Position numbers and translations under genes: made by a program. From assembly GCA_950097015.1 (NCBI GenBank), contig CATNEN010000025.1, positions 2,418,001 to 2,482,000 of the forward strand: a stretch of DNA of 64,000 nt. The letters are read 5' to 3'. Position 1 is the stretch's first letter; every line of letters starts with the position of its first letter. Positions 50,639 to 63,095 of the stretch are shown here, one piece after another. The DNA is from Macrostomum hystrix (taxonomy: Eukaryota > Animalia > Platyhelminthes). Under the pieces are notes generated by a model. It saw nothing but the letters and a program-made list of their open reading frames with translations, was not told where the DNA came from and did not search any database.

Positions 50639-53600
50639 ATGTCTCAGGCTAAGCGAATTCGTTTAGCCAACTCTGATAATAGCGAACGACCATTGGCGCC
50701 CAGCTCCGCCGATGCTAAACTGAAGCCGGGGAGTGATGCCGAACCTTCTGCGAACCTGTTGGAATTAGTGCAGGATTGTACCTGCCCGGTGTGCAAAGAG
50801 ATCTACACTGAGCCAGTCATTATAAATGCTTGCGGCCACACTTTCTGTCATGGATGCTATGACAAACTTGTTAAAAAGTGCGCCACGGTTGACACTGGCT
50901 CAGGTGAGTCAACTGTGTCAGGGTGAGAAACACCCGATCGATGGGGTGAGGGAAGGGTGAGAAACACCCGATCGATGGGGTGAGGGAAGGGTGAGAAACA
51001 CCCGATCGATGGGGTGAGGAAAGGGTGAGAAACACCCGATCGATGGGGTGAGGAAAGGGTGAGAAACGCCCGATCGATGGGGTAGGGGAATGGTGAGAAA
51101 CACCTGATCGATGGGGTAGGGGAAGGGTGAGAAATACCCGATCAATAGGGTTGGGGAAGGGTGAGAAACACCCGAACTGTGCGGTAGGGGAAGGGTGAGA
51201 AACACCCGAACTGTGCGGTAGGGGAAGGGTGAGAAACACCCGAACTGTGCGGTAGGGAATGGTGAGAAACACCCGAACTTTGCAGTTGGTGAGGGATGAG
51301 AAACACCCGAACTGTGCGGTAGGGAATGGTGAGAAACACCCGAACTTTGCAGTTGGTGAGGGATGAGAAACACCCGAACTGTGGGGTAGGTTAGGGGTAA
51401 GAAACGGCTGACAGAATCATTTAGGTGTGGTGAAGGATTGAGAAACAGCTGACAGAATCATTTAGGTGTGGTGAAGGATTGAGAAACAGCTGACAGAATC
51501 ATTTAGGTGTGGTGAAGGATTGAGAAACAGCTGACAGAATCATTTAGGTGTGGTGAAGGATTGAGAAACAGCTGACAGAATCATTTAGGTGTAGGTGAGG
51601 GATTGAGAAACAGCTGACAGAATCAGTTAGGTGTGGTGAAGGATTGAGAAACAGCTGACAGCTGTGAAGCTGTAATGGCTGATAAATTCATACCGAATTA
51701 GTGCACAAAATTTCTGAACAAAATTGTCTCTAGGCAGCGGCTTTGCATTCTTATTCGCATCGGCATCTATGTCTGTGGAGCAGCGTCAGCAGCACCGGCG
51801 TGTCGCCTGTCCCGTGTGCCGAGTGAAGTTCCGACCGTGCCCGGAGGCCGTCCGGCCGGATCAGGACACCGACTGCCTGGTTAGAGCTCTGGCTCTAGTG
51901 AAATCGTCGGCTTCACCATCGACTACTGTTGATGATGGCGACAGCGGCTGCTGCTCAGCAGTGCCGGACTGCTGGCGACGTCGGGCTGTTCGATGCACCG
52001 ACTGCGGCGTGGCCGCCTGCCAGACGCATCACGAAGCCTCTCTGGCCGGCCTGCGCCAGGGAGCAGCCGATATTGTCGCCGCCAGCGTGACATTCGCGTC
52101 CGATGACGCGGCTGGAGTTAGGCAGCTGCGCCGACTCGCTGATATGCAGCGCCGCCTGCCGGACCTTCGGCGCGCCCTGGCCGATCGTCTGGCTGCTCGC
52201 CTGGACGCCTACGAAGCTCGCCTAGCTGACGCCAGCAATCGGGTTCGTCTGGCCGCTGATGCTAGTGACCATTGTCGACGCAGTCTGGCTGATCTAGCCG
52301 AACTATTGACATCTGCCACAGACGCCGCGGCTGACAACACTGCCGGTGACTCCAGCTATGCCGAGATGCTGACATTGAAGAACCGGCTCGGTGCTGAACT
52401 TGCCGAAGCTAGATCCAAGCATCCGCTGCTGAGAGTGGAGGAGTCGAATGAAATGGTAATACTAATGATCTTAGTTGCTAGCCACCACAAAATCATTACT
52501 ATTCAGAATCCATTGGTTGCTATGCACCATTCATTGGTTGCTACGCTCTATCCTTTTATTGCTGCGCTCTATCAATTAATTGCTACGCTCTATCCATTAA
52601 TTGCTACGCTATATCCTTCGTTCGCTACGCGCCATCCATTGGTTGCTACTCACCATCCTTTGGTTGATATGCGCCATCCATTGGTTGCCACGCACCATCC
52701 ATTTGTTTCGACCCATCACCCATCGATTACCAAATTTCATCTATAAGTTGCTGCCCTGTATTTGCTGCATCCATCGTCCCCAAAAATCATTTCATTCTAG
52801 CAGGAAGAGTTGGAGCGTCGCCTAGACGAATGCCTGGACGGCCTGACAGTCCGGCTTTACGCCTTGCCATACGAGTCTATCGCCCCCTCCGCTACCGCCT
52901 CCGCCGCCCCTTCCCGTCTGACGCCAGTCTCCCACCGGCGCACCCAACCTCGCCGGCCCTGGTGCATTCGCCTGCTGAGCAACACCGCCGGCCTTCGCCT
53001 ATCCGATGGTCGCCTGGTGAAATCTTCGCCAACAGTTGCAGATTCAAACATTGTTGACAATACTGAAGCGCTGCCTGAAGCTGGAGTCCTGCTAGTGAAT
53101 TACAGCGGACCCAATAGCCGATTGCTTGTGTTTGAAGCTGGCTCATTGCGCCGTATCGGCTGCCTGCAGCTTCAGCCGCCTCGCTTGCCCGGCATTGCCA
53201 TCGGCTTCGCCAGCCGGCGTCGCTGCCGACCTGGGCGCATCGCGGTGTGCAATCGGCGCCAGATGATCTTCGCCACCGACTCCGGCAACAGTCGGGTCAT
53301 GGCCTTCCAGCCCAATGGCCGACTTACCGCCAGCTTCGGCTGCTTCGGCGACATCGACGACGAGAACAGCCTCTGCCGCGATGCCGACCGATCGTCGATG
53401 ATCAACGATGGCGAGCCGGTGTTCCAACGGCCTCTCGGACTCTGCGTCGATGAAAAGATTCTCTACGTAGTGGACAGCGGCAACTGTCGGGTGCAGATGT
53501 TCGACCTTGACGATAACTACAAGCGAGTTGGCTGCCTCAAGCATTCTACTTTCACTAGCGGATTGCACAGCGTCTTGGCGGTGGCAAGCTCTGACCTGAC

Positions 53601-55198
53601 CGCAGCTGGCGAAGCCGCAGTTCTAGTGGTGTCGGATCGCGACACGGAATCGCTGTTTCTGTTCGACAGAACTAGCAGGTATTACATTTTTTTAAGTTTG
53701 CCATTTTTTCCCCCTGATTCTCAAACTTTAGTAGAAATCCCTAATCCATATTCTATCACAAATCCTCACTGGTTAATCTCTACTATCAAAAATCCTCATT
53801 TATTAATCCATATTCTATCACAGATCCTCACTGGCTAATCCCTATTCTATCCCAGATCCTCATTTGTTAATCCCTATTCTATCCCAGAACCTCACTTGTT
53901 AATCCCTATTCTATCCCAGAACCTTACTGTTTAATCCCTATTCTATCCCAGATCCTTACTGTTTAATCCCTATTCTATCCCAGATCCTTACTGTTTAATC
54001 CCTATTCTTTCACAGATCCTCACTGTTTAATCCCTATTCTATCCCAGAACCTCACTTGTTAATCCCTATTCTATCCCAGATACTCACTGTTTAATCCCTA
54101 TTCTATCCCAGATCCTTACTGTTTAATCCCTATTCTATCACAGATCCTCACTGTTTAATCCCCTTATATTACAAATCCTCACTAGTTAATCCCTATTCTA
54201 TCCCAGATACTCACTAGTTAATCCCTATTCTATCACAGATCCTCACTGGCTAATCCCTATTCTATCCCAGATCCTCATTTGTTAATCCCTATTCTATCCC
54301 AGAACCTCACTTGTTAGTCCCTATTCTATCCCAGAACCTTACTGTTTAATCCCTATTCTATCCCAGATACTCACTGTTTAATCCCTATTCTATCCCAGAT
54401 CCTCACTGTTTAATCCCTATTCTATCACAGATCCTCACTGTTTAATCCCCTTATATTACAAATCCTCACTAGTTAATCCCTATTCTATCCCAGATACTCA
54501 CTAGTTAATCCCTATTCTATCCCAGATACTCACTAGTTAATCCCTTTTCTATCACAGATCCTCACTGGTTAATCCCCTTATATTACAAATCCTCACTGGT
54601 TAATCTATGCCTCGCTATTTAAAGGCGGCTAATCCGCAGTCTGGGTGTAGATGGCCGGCCCGCCGACCTCTGCTCTGACCGGCACGGCAACATCCTAGTC
54701 AGCATGGCTGCCAGCCGCCTAGTGATGGTGTTCGATCCGCAGCTGACCCGCTGCCTGTACAATTTCAATTTGGACAGTTGGTCGCCAACAAGCAACGATG
54801 GACTGTTACACGGCAGCCCCGGCGACGTCTACCGACGTGCTGCGACGGCGGCTGCAGACAACGATGACGATGGCCAAGAAGAAGACGAAGAGGTTGATGA
54901 AGATGACGAATACATCGCCGGTTGGGACTCGTCAGCGTCGTCGGCGTCTTCGGCCGCATCGTCCGGCTTCTCATTGTCGGCCGCCGATCCACCGCTGCCG
55001 TCTGTTGGTGATTTTCTCTTCTCGGGTCTGGACGGCCGGAGTAGGCATCGCTTTGTTGCCGGATTTGGCGCCGGCGGCAGCGGCGGCGGTATCAGCGGAC
55101 TGGCCGACTGTTTGCAGGGTATCGCGCTAGACCCAGTAACTAGGCGACTGTTCGCTACGGATTCTAAGAAACAGTGTCTGCTTGCCTATCAGCTGTGA
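50639..55198 (+). CDS. TRIM-NHL-like E3 ubiquitin ligase (C3HC4 RING, degenerate B-box, coiled coil, NHL-type repeats), 4 exons, about 807 aa
   Basis: Exons 50639-50903, 51734-52455, 52801-53678, 54640-55198 (2424 nt, phases consistent). RING CPVC..CGHTFC..C..CPVC, Cys/His cluster CC..DC..CTDC..CQTHH, helical segment, and NHL signatures IFATDSGNSRVMAF, FQRPLGLCVD..LYVVDSGNCRVQMFD, PADLCSDRHGNILVS. Confidence 0.8.
50920..51660. repeat. Two adjacent minisatellites (about 34-bp GGGTGAGAAACACCCGATCGATGGGGTGAGGGAA and 41-bp GAGAAACAGCTGACAGAATCATTTAGGTGTGGTGAAGGATT) in TRIM intron 1
   Basis: Directly visible. Confidence 0.93.
53740..54600. repeat. Minisatellite of about 32-33 bp (AATCCCTATTCTATCCCAGATCCTCACTGTTT) in TRIM intron 3
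   Basis: Directly visible. Confidence 0.95.
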
Positions 55199-56428
55199 GC
55201 GCGATTTTTCAGGATTGGATTTGACTCAATTTCTGTATTCATTGTGCTCATTTTGCTGTCTAAGGCCAAATTACCCTTACTCATTCATTGATTGGCTGGC
55301 AGGAGGTCCTTCGCTGATTGGCTAGTTAATTTTTTTCAGTTATCTACGTACTCGTATTTAGCAGCTTTCCCATTATGGCTGCTGATTGGCTCGTTAAATT
55401 CTCACTTGTTTGCCAGTTTAAATGATCTTATTTTGTTGTCTGACAGACGGTCTTAGCCTTTCGAATTTTAGTAAATCTATATGCATTATCAAACGGGCTA
55501 TTGGTATTCGCAAAATCTTTTACCCAGTTTTTTTGTTGCTTGCTGCTTTCATAAATTCAGGCTTTTAACTTAGAAGCTTTCTTGTTCTTCTGTTCAACGG
55601 AGTCTTTAAGTCTGTTTGCTTTTTAGGTTGTCTCCTCACTTGTCTTCTTGCAGTTCTTCAAAATAGGAGTTGAAAATGTTTTAGTGGGCTTGCATTTTTA
55701 AGTCGGCCTGTTTAACAGCACCAGCTGACTACTTTATCCGCTCCCGAAGTAGTAGCATGGTATGCGCATGCGCTAATAGTTCCGTGTTGCTTAACAATGC
55801 GTTCGGGCATTTTTATCAAGTTTTTCCTTCAAACTTGCATCTGTGTGTGTTAGCATAAATACATGGCATTGAAAAAGTGCATATTATTGTTGTTGTTGAC
55901 ACATCATTAAAAATTATTTTTTTCTCATTTTTCAATAATTACTTTATAGAATCATTTCAGTTATCCATTTTGCTTAAGCTGTGTCTGTTAAGTCCCGACA
56001 AAAACCCGATAACTCATTGCTGAGGCTCACCTAACTCTGTAGACAAATATTGTAAGCAAGAAATTTAACTGTCAGATAAAAACTTTGGTAGGCGGATAAG
56101 ACTTACCCCACGTTTTATATACTCTCTTGCTTTGTTACCATGCTATTTGCCAGCCGCCTGATAACAGTTGAAGCCGTTGAAGACACGATCTTAGATAAAG
56201 GTGTAGAAATTTAGTTTGAGTTCTTTTCAACACACTCGATCAGTCACATTCTCTATGTATATTCTTTTTACACTGCATTTGGGTAAAAATTTAATGCATT
56301 TTTATTAGAAAACGAAATACGCTGGTTTACATATGTACACTCAATACCTACAATACACGCTCATATTCACGTATTGCTGAATAATGCTAGTTCATCAAAT
56401 AACATCTCTAGTTTATGAGTGAAATTTG

Positions 56429-59400
56429 CTACTCATATATGCTACTGTAGTAACTACTGCTCGAGTTCTCAGTTTCGTTGGCCGCAAACAAAGAAAAGTC
56501 CGTAAATCGTTGGCCGTTCGACAGGTCAGGACTTGCATTGTTCCCGTCTGGTACATCGCCGGAGTCGAAGGGGAAGTCTGAAATCTGGAAAGTTATCGTC
56601 AGGAGCATATGTACATAGCCTATAGATGGATACGCAAATGCATTCAGTGCTGCACAAGCAGCAGGCGTTCAAGTCTTGTCGAATACAAATGTGTCTGCAT
56701 TCTGTTAGCCTTTGATGACTAGTGGCCTAGGCGGAGTTTCTGGCCATTCAACAGGTAGCCGATTTCTCATATCACGCCTATCAAATCGCTTGGCCAGCTA
56801 TTAGGAACAAAGCATCGTCGAAAGTGGCGAACATTTTTCATCTTACCTGGGTAGTTTTGATGTGGAAGGGGAAGTTCTTGTTGGCCAGACTAGGCCAGGT
56901 GAGGACCAGGTAGAAAACGTGCGCCAAGAACAGCGAGATGACCTCGATGAAGTTGACCACCTTGGCCCGCGTGTAGTCTGGCACCTGCTGGATGTTGATG
57001 ACCACCGTGACGGGAATGGCGATGAACCAGAGGCTGTAGAAAACTAGCATGGGCGCATAGAAGGCCAGCTTCTTCTTGTGCTTGGACATTGTGAAGATGC
57101 AGCTGGCCAGGAAGAACAGCCAGGACGCCAGAATGATGGCCATGAGGCCGTAGCCTGGCGAGCTCTCGTATCGGTAGAGCACGAGCGCCGGGTCGAACGT
57201 CGCCGCCTCGACTATGTACAGAGCGACGTTTGTGATCACGAATGACGTCATGAAGACTGAGAGGCAGATGACGCCCCAGGGAGGGAGGCGACCGCAGACC
57301 ACGGTGTAGCCGAGACTCAGCAGCAGCAGCATCAGCACCAGCAGGATCTGGGACGTCGCGTACAGGGCCGACGCTGCGGGTAGAATTGGTCGAGCAACTG
57401 TTTCTGATAAGTCGTCAATTTACAACGTTTTGGTCTCTGCAGTTGGCAGGCACGTTTGACTTAATCAATCAATTTTGATTTTAATCAATATTTGATTTGA
57501 ATCAATTTTAATTCACACTAGATACTCCTATTTACGAGCTACAATCGTGTCTTTGTAGCTTTTTTCATTGAAGCATCAGGTGCAGGATTTTAATTAGCAC
57601 AACACAAAATCACACCTGCAGACTGTAGTGACTGATGGCTATTTCATTCCTTCTGCCCCTGAAGCAATATATAGACGTATACTTATTTCAGCCAAGAGTT
57701 CGGTATTTGGCTTGTAATATAGCTAAGCTATATTGAATATGCAATTTTAGCATTTGCAGTTCGAATTTACATTTTGCATTATGCATTCGCCTTGCAATCG
57801 ATATGTCTTTAGTTTTTTTGCCTTAATTACGCTCGTATTGTGTATTGGCTTCTTTCATAGAAGCATCCGGTACACCATTTTTATATTCACCACCTGGTGT
57901 TGCTATGCTGTGGTTTACACATATTATTATTTATATTATTAATTAACTCCCTGCTTGAATTGCGACACTTTATGAGAAAGTGGACTTCGTTTTCTACTTC
58001 CGAGAGACACTTTTTAAATTACAAACATTTCTTAAAGGAAATTTGTGAACTCACAAATCAGCCTAAGGGCCGTATTCTGCCAGCCGTTAATTGCGTAGCT
58101 CAGAAATGCGACACAGGTGAAGATGATGGACGCACAGAAGAATATCACTGAGGCCAGAAATATTTTGTAGGTCGTGTGATACATCTGTCTGGCTGACAGC
58201 TTGGCTGAAAGTTGTTCCGCAATTCTTGTCATTTCTGGTTTGCACCTTTAACATTAGATAGACCACGCTATTTTACCCTCGTGGGGAAAAGATCACGGTG
58301 TATTCCAAATAGCTCGTACTTGACGATAGCTCCCAAACCGAATGACCGACTTTAGTCCACCATATGGATTGAAATTCTCCGCCCTTTACTATGAACTAAC
58401 TTTCAAAGCCGTCTGACCTCAACGTCGTCGCGATATTCAGCGATTCTTATCGAAGATCCTGGTGACAAGGACAAGTAACAATGCTCTGCCATCTATGGCG
58501 AATCCATATTGGTTCAAAATATATAATAACTAACAATTATTTGTGGTTTTTGCCACCAGACACGTCGGCGAGAGTTATTGAATATCTCGACGATGCCGAT
58601 GTTTGTGATTCTGTATTTAGTTTCGCCGGATTTTAGGGCGGAAAATTTCAGGCCATGTTTAGGATTTTCATGGCGATTCGTTGACTATTTTTGGAGATGC
58701 AGAAAAAGAAAAATGTGGCGGCAATTTAAAATACCCAGCGGGCTTTCTACTGTGAAATAGATTTCAAACCTCCTTAAATGTTTTCCAGTTAAAGATCGCT
58801 CACCAGACACAATGGCCACCAGGATTACCATGAAGAACTCGGCGAAGATAAAGGCTATGTTAAACTCTAGAATGTCTGCAAGTGACCATATAGCGGTTTT
58901 CTGATCAATTTTTGTTGCCAACTAATTTGAGAACTGTTTGAGGTCTCATTCAGTCGGCAGTACTCACAGATTTCATCGGCCGAGAAGTGTTCTCGAAAAA
59001 ATTCTCCCGGATTACCGTTGCGCATGTACACTTCGTATTCAAGGTAGAGGCCCTGAAATAGATTTGAGCAATTGTCTGTAAAGCGAATCCTTTTCCAGTA
59101 ATCCACGACTCACGCGCACTAACATCCTTGCCAAGGCAGTTGGATATGGCCATGAACCACCAGCGCTCTCTATTGGACCGGAATCTGTACATCTGCGACT
59201 TGCAGATGACCGAGTCGTTTCCACCGTAGACGCAGATTCCATAGTCGGGATCCAGGCGAAAAATCTGGTAGCTGTGAATGTCCAGCAGGGCCTCCTTTTC
59301 AGTGCATGTCTGCCAATTTTAGGTTGAGATGGGGGACCGAGCACTCAAGACTCTAAGTTGTACATTCTGTATTTCAGAAGTTCCTATAAGGTTAGATCCG

Positions 59401-61188
59401 GAAGACGATAGGATAAGAAAATTGGTTCTGTATTAGCTCGTGATGTAGGCGTGACTCTAGAGGCCTTATAATATTGTTTTAGGATTAATTAATTGCCCTT
59501 CTCATGTCCCTTCCCTCTCCCTGCACGATGACTCACCCCTGCACGAACTTGAGCTGTCAAAATCCTTCCCGGTCATACTTTTTTTGCTTTTTTTCTGTTG
59601 TCCTTTACCTCCATCCTTTTAGATGATTTTTAGTTTTTAGTGAAGCTTCACCCATCAAAAATCATATTTTTCCCAGGCTCGCACCCACCCCACTCCAGAG
59701 CTCCCAACCAATCAACGCACGGCGATCCGAACCACGTGATCTTGCTGTCTAGTAAATAGGTCAAGGTCGGGCAGATCATGCGATCACGGCGTGCGCGCAT
59801 GACTCTGGCTCTATATAAAGCCAATTGTGCGGCGCTTGTTTTGGAGACAACCTTCAGTTCCCGATTCTACCTTACCTTTACCGGTTCTACCCTTTTTCTG
59901 TCGTTGCCAGTTCTGCCATTACCGTCACCTCTACCGTTCCTGCTAATCTTCAATATTTCAATACTCATATACTGATGGGCCACTTCGTACCATGCTCTTG
60001 TTTTTGTAGACTGTTGACCACAGATTCGGCTTGTCCCAGTACAACAGCAGGCTTTGAACCATGAGCCTCTGAAATGTGCACAGCTGTTATTGAGTAAACA
60101 AATCCAGTCTGTAAAATGTTGGCAACAACAAGTGAGCAAAGATGAAAAATCTGCCAACCCTTGGATAGCGAAAGGTGAACTCCAGCATTCCCGAGTCAGG
60201 TAGGAAGCAGAATCTATCCAGGTAACTCCAGTCCTGAAAAAAAGCAGATCAGATGCAAAGTTTTTACAATTTTGTCAAGTCGAAATTGCGAATAAGTATC
60301 TTTTAAAGTATCTTTTAAAATGCATTACTTTAAAAGATAGACGTGGTGGTGTGAGTATGGTTTTGACTGCTCAAACATCTGCCACCATGGATGAATAATA
60401 TAACTGGATCGCCAAAGTATTGGATTTTTTGGTCCTAGCCATAGACAAGCACCAGCATCACAAGAAGCTCAGATGATTCTTCTGTGATTCTGGTTTAGTT
60501 GTCATGTCTGAAAGTACAGCATTCTGAGCTTCTTGTGATGCTGGTGCTTGTCTATGGCTTTTGGACCAAAGAAATCTAGCTTTTGGTGATTCAGTTATAT
60601 TATAAATCCATGTCTGCAACATGCTCAAAGTCAACAATCGGTCGATCGCGTTTGGCAATAGACAAACGACAAACCGAGAGAAGTCAAAGAGGAAAAGGTA
60701 GATAATTCATTTTTAGATAGTTCAGTTTTTCAAAACTTCTTGAATCGATTCCGGTTCAAGCATCGGTTTATCCCCATTCTCTTTGGACTATCGTTTGATT
60801 GGCCATCTCGCGCATTCAGTCATGCAGAAATGTCTATGGTAAACGTCGTTTAACTATTCTTGGTGCAAAGGATTGTAAATATATTCTTAGCAATCGTGTG
60901 TTCCCTTTCTCTGTCCCTCTGCTCCCGATAGGTTTGGCCATAGAATGCCGGCTCCGTAACTTCATCTTTATCTTTTGGATAAACTATTTTATTAGATCAA
61001 TTTTACTGCTCTAAGGGGTGAACCTGAATATGAAGAGACCATTTTTCGATTATAATACTTTTTTTAAAGTTTGTAAAAGCTTTACTCACTTTTTCAGTTC
61101 TTAGAACTCCTTTAATGTGCTTGCCGTAGGTTGGTGCAGCAAAGCACAAAATAAATAGAGCTACAAATGTTAACAATCGCTGCTTCAT
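56429..61188 (-). CDS. TMEM145: TMEM145 / GPR180-family 7TM membrane protein, 9 exons, about 475 aa
   Basis: Exons 61090-61188, 60159-60233, 59991-60068, 59124-59309, 58968-59052, 58804-58875, 58055-58204, 56847-57373, 56429-56584 (1428 nt). Motifs DWSYLDRFCFL, FRSNRERWWFMAISNC, HFSADE, RQMYHTTYKIF, FDPALVLYRYESSPGYG, ANKNFPFHIKTTQ match TMEM145. Confidence 0.92.
58252..58752. mobile_element. MITE copy 2 in TMEM145 intron 6
   Basis: Shares blocks with copy 1 (agctcccaaaccgaatgaccga, ttcaaagccgtc, gaagatcctggtgacaag, aaaagaaaaatgtgg, tttctactg). Left flank TTAA, right flank TGAA. Confidence 0.78.
60362..60637. other. Long foldback inverted repeat in TMEM145 intron 1
   Basis: Perfect 36-bp arms at 60438-60473 and 60523-60558, extended imperfectly outward to ttgact/agtcaa. 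Confidence 0.85.
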
Positions 61189-62479
61189 GGCCAAGCAGGC
61201 TAAGATAAGGCTGTTCGTTTCGCCCCGTGGTTGCTTGCAGAAACAGTCCGTTTTTTTAATATCGCAGAATCAGCGTTTTAACAAATTATATTTTTACGCT
61301 CATAGTTAGGTTAATTTAAAGCAGAATTAGTATTCCTTACAGTTGAACAATTACAGTTGAGTAATTAAACTAATTTAATTACACTCTAAAATACATAATA
61401 AACGTACGAGAACAATTGAAAGTATCTTTTCGTTATCATAAACAAATTTGACTGAGTGCTCTCGTTGAATTCTTTTAAATTTCGGAATGAATCTGACATT
61501 TTATTAACACCTTTTCTAAGTATTTTACAGAAAGCTATCCGGTCATATCAACCTTTCTCTTCTCCCACCTTTTTTCTGGTTTTCTGATTTAGATTTCTAA
61601 TTGATCATTTTCACTTATTTTAAACTCGCATGATCGAAGAACATTAGTAGGATTGTGCTATCGACCACAATACATTATTATTATTAATAATAATATTATT
61701 ATTTTTTTATTATTTTTTATTATTACTATTATTATTATAACTATACATAATTACTTAACTATGTGATTTACCATATTTTAAAAAGTAAAGGATTTTTCAC
61801 TCGTCAAGAATAGCATAGTCGACTTCATTTAGTTCCATTGGTTAACGATAATTAAACGATCTTTTTTCTAGTTTTATAGAAATTAGAAGTGAATGTACAT
61901 GAAAAATTGCTTTCTTAAGTACTCAATTTAAAATCAAAATAAAAAAAATTTTGAAAATTCAAAAGCTACACAAAATCCACCTGTTTTGGTTAGACGTGGT
62001 TATAGTTGGAAGCCATGGGAGCTAATAAGACCTACAATAAAAGCGTAAAAGCGTAGGATTAAAATATATAAATATTTCTGAACGCTTCAGCTGCTGTTTT
62101 TGATTCTGAGCTGTCGATAAGAAACTTCAAAAAAGTAAAAAATGTTCTTCTAAGAGAATTAAAAAATATACAATGTCAAACGGTAAAATACGTAAATATA
62201 TCAAAATAGGAAGACACAATGTCTTAATTTTATTGAGATTCGGATGCATAATATAAAACAATAAAAGCAGAAAAAAACTTTGAATTTATTAACGATTGTT
62301 TAACTTCCTCGAAAAAATGGTGTACGCACATAATGAAACGTAAATTCAATCACTATTTTTATAATCTACGCACTTTCGACCCAAATGCTTGTTGCTGATT
62401 GTTTTTTTTGAAAATTTTCTTTCATGATCCTTAGTATTCACAATTTAGATATAAATTATACCTAAGCCCAGTTAACCCA

Positions 62480-62720
62480 GATCTGCAGCTATTGTGGCGC
62501 TCCCAAAGGCAGAGTACATCTGTTCAGTCCGTGGACTGGGGAGTCAGTAACACCCCAATAAGTATCAACCCTCCTATAAAGTTGCTGGTGCCAATTTTAC
62601 AGCTGGTTGAACTGAAACACCAGGGCAGAAACAGACAATGACAGATTCTGATAGGCTGAGATTCGAACCCCCAACCTCTCGGTGAGAAATTCGAGCTCTA
62701 ACTACCGGGCCACAAGCTAT
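62480..62720 (-). mobile_element. tRNA-derived SINE copy (diverged)
   Basis: ttcagtccgtggactgggg, ccaattttacagctgg, gagattcgaacccc...gctctaactac. Confidence 0.65.
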
Positions 62721-63095
62721 CCCTGGTCGGTGCAAGTAAAATAATTTATAAAATAATTATACAAACTTGAAAGAGGCAACAAAAAAACACCGGAAAACAT
62801 TTCCAGTTATGAAAAGCAGCTAATCCAAGCGATTAAGCTTGATGAAAAAAAATATAAGGGCGATTTTGTCTAGTATCTACCAAGCTAAAGCGTCTAAAAA
62901 ACCGTTTTCACTACAGTGTTACTAACAGTAGACACAACGCTCGCTATAGCGCAATTTTCTTTCAAAGCTCAAATCAAACTAACAAAAGTTCAAATCGGAC
63001 CCACTTTCTTAAGCGGATCCACATCAGCAGGAAATACAATGACACCAGTTAAATCACGCCTACTTGTTGCTAGTCTATCCAGCAGTTGACTTTGA

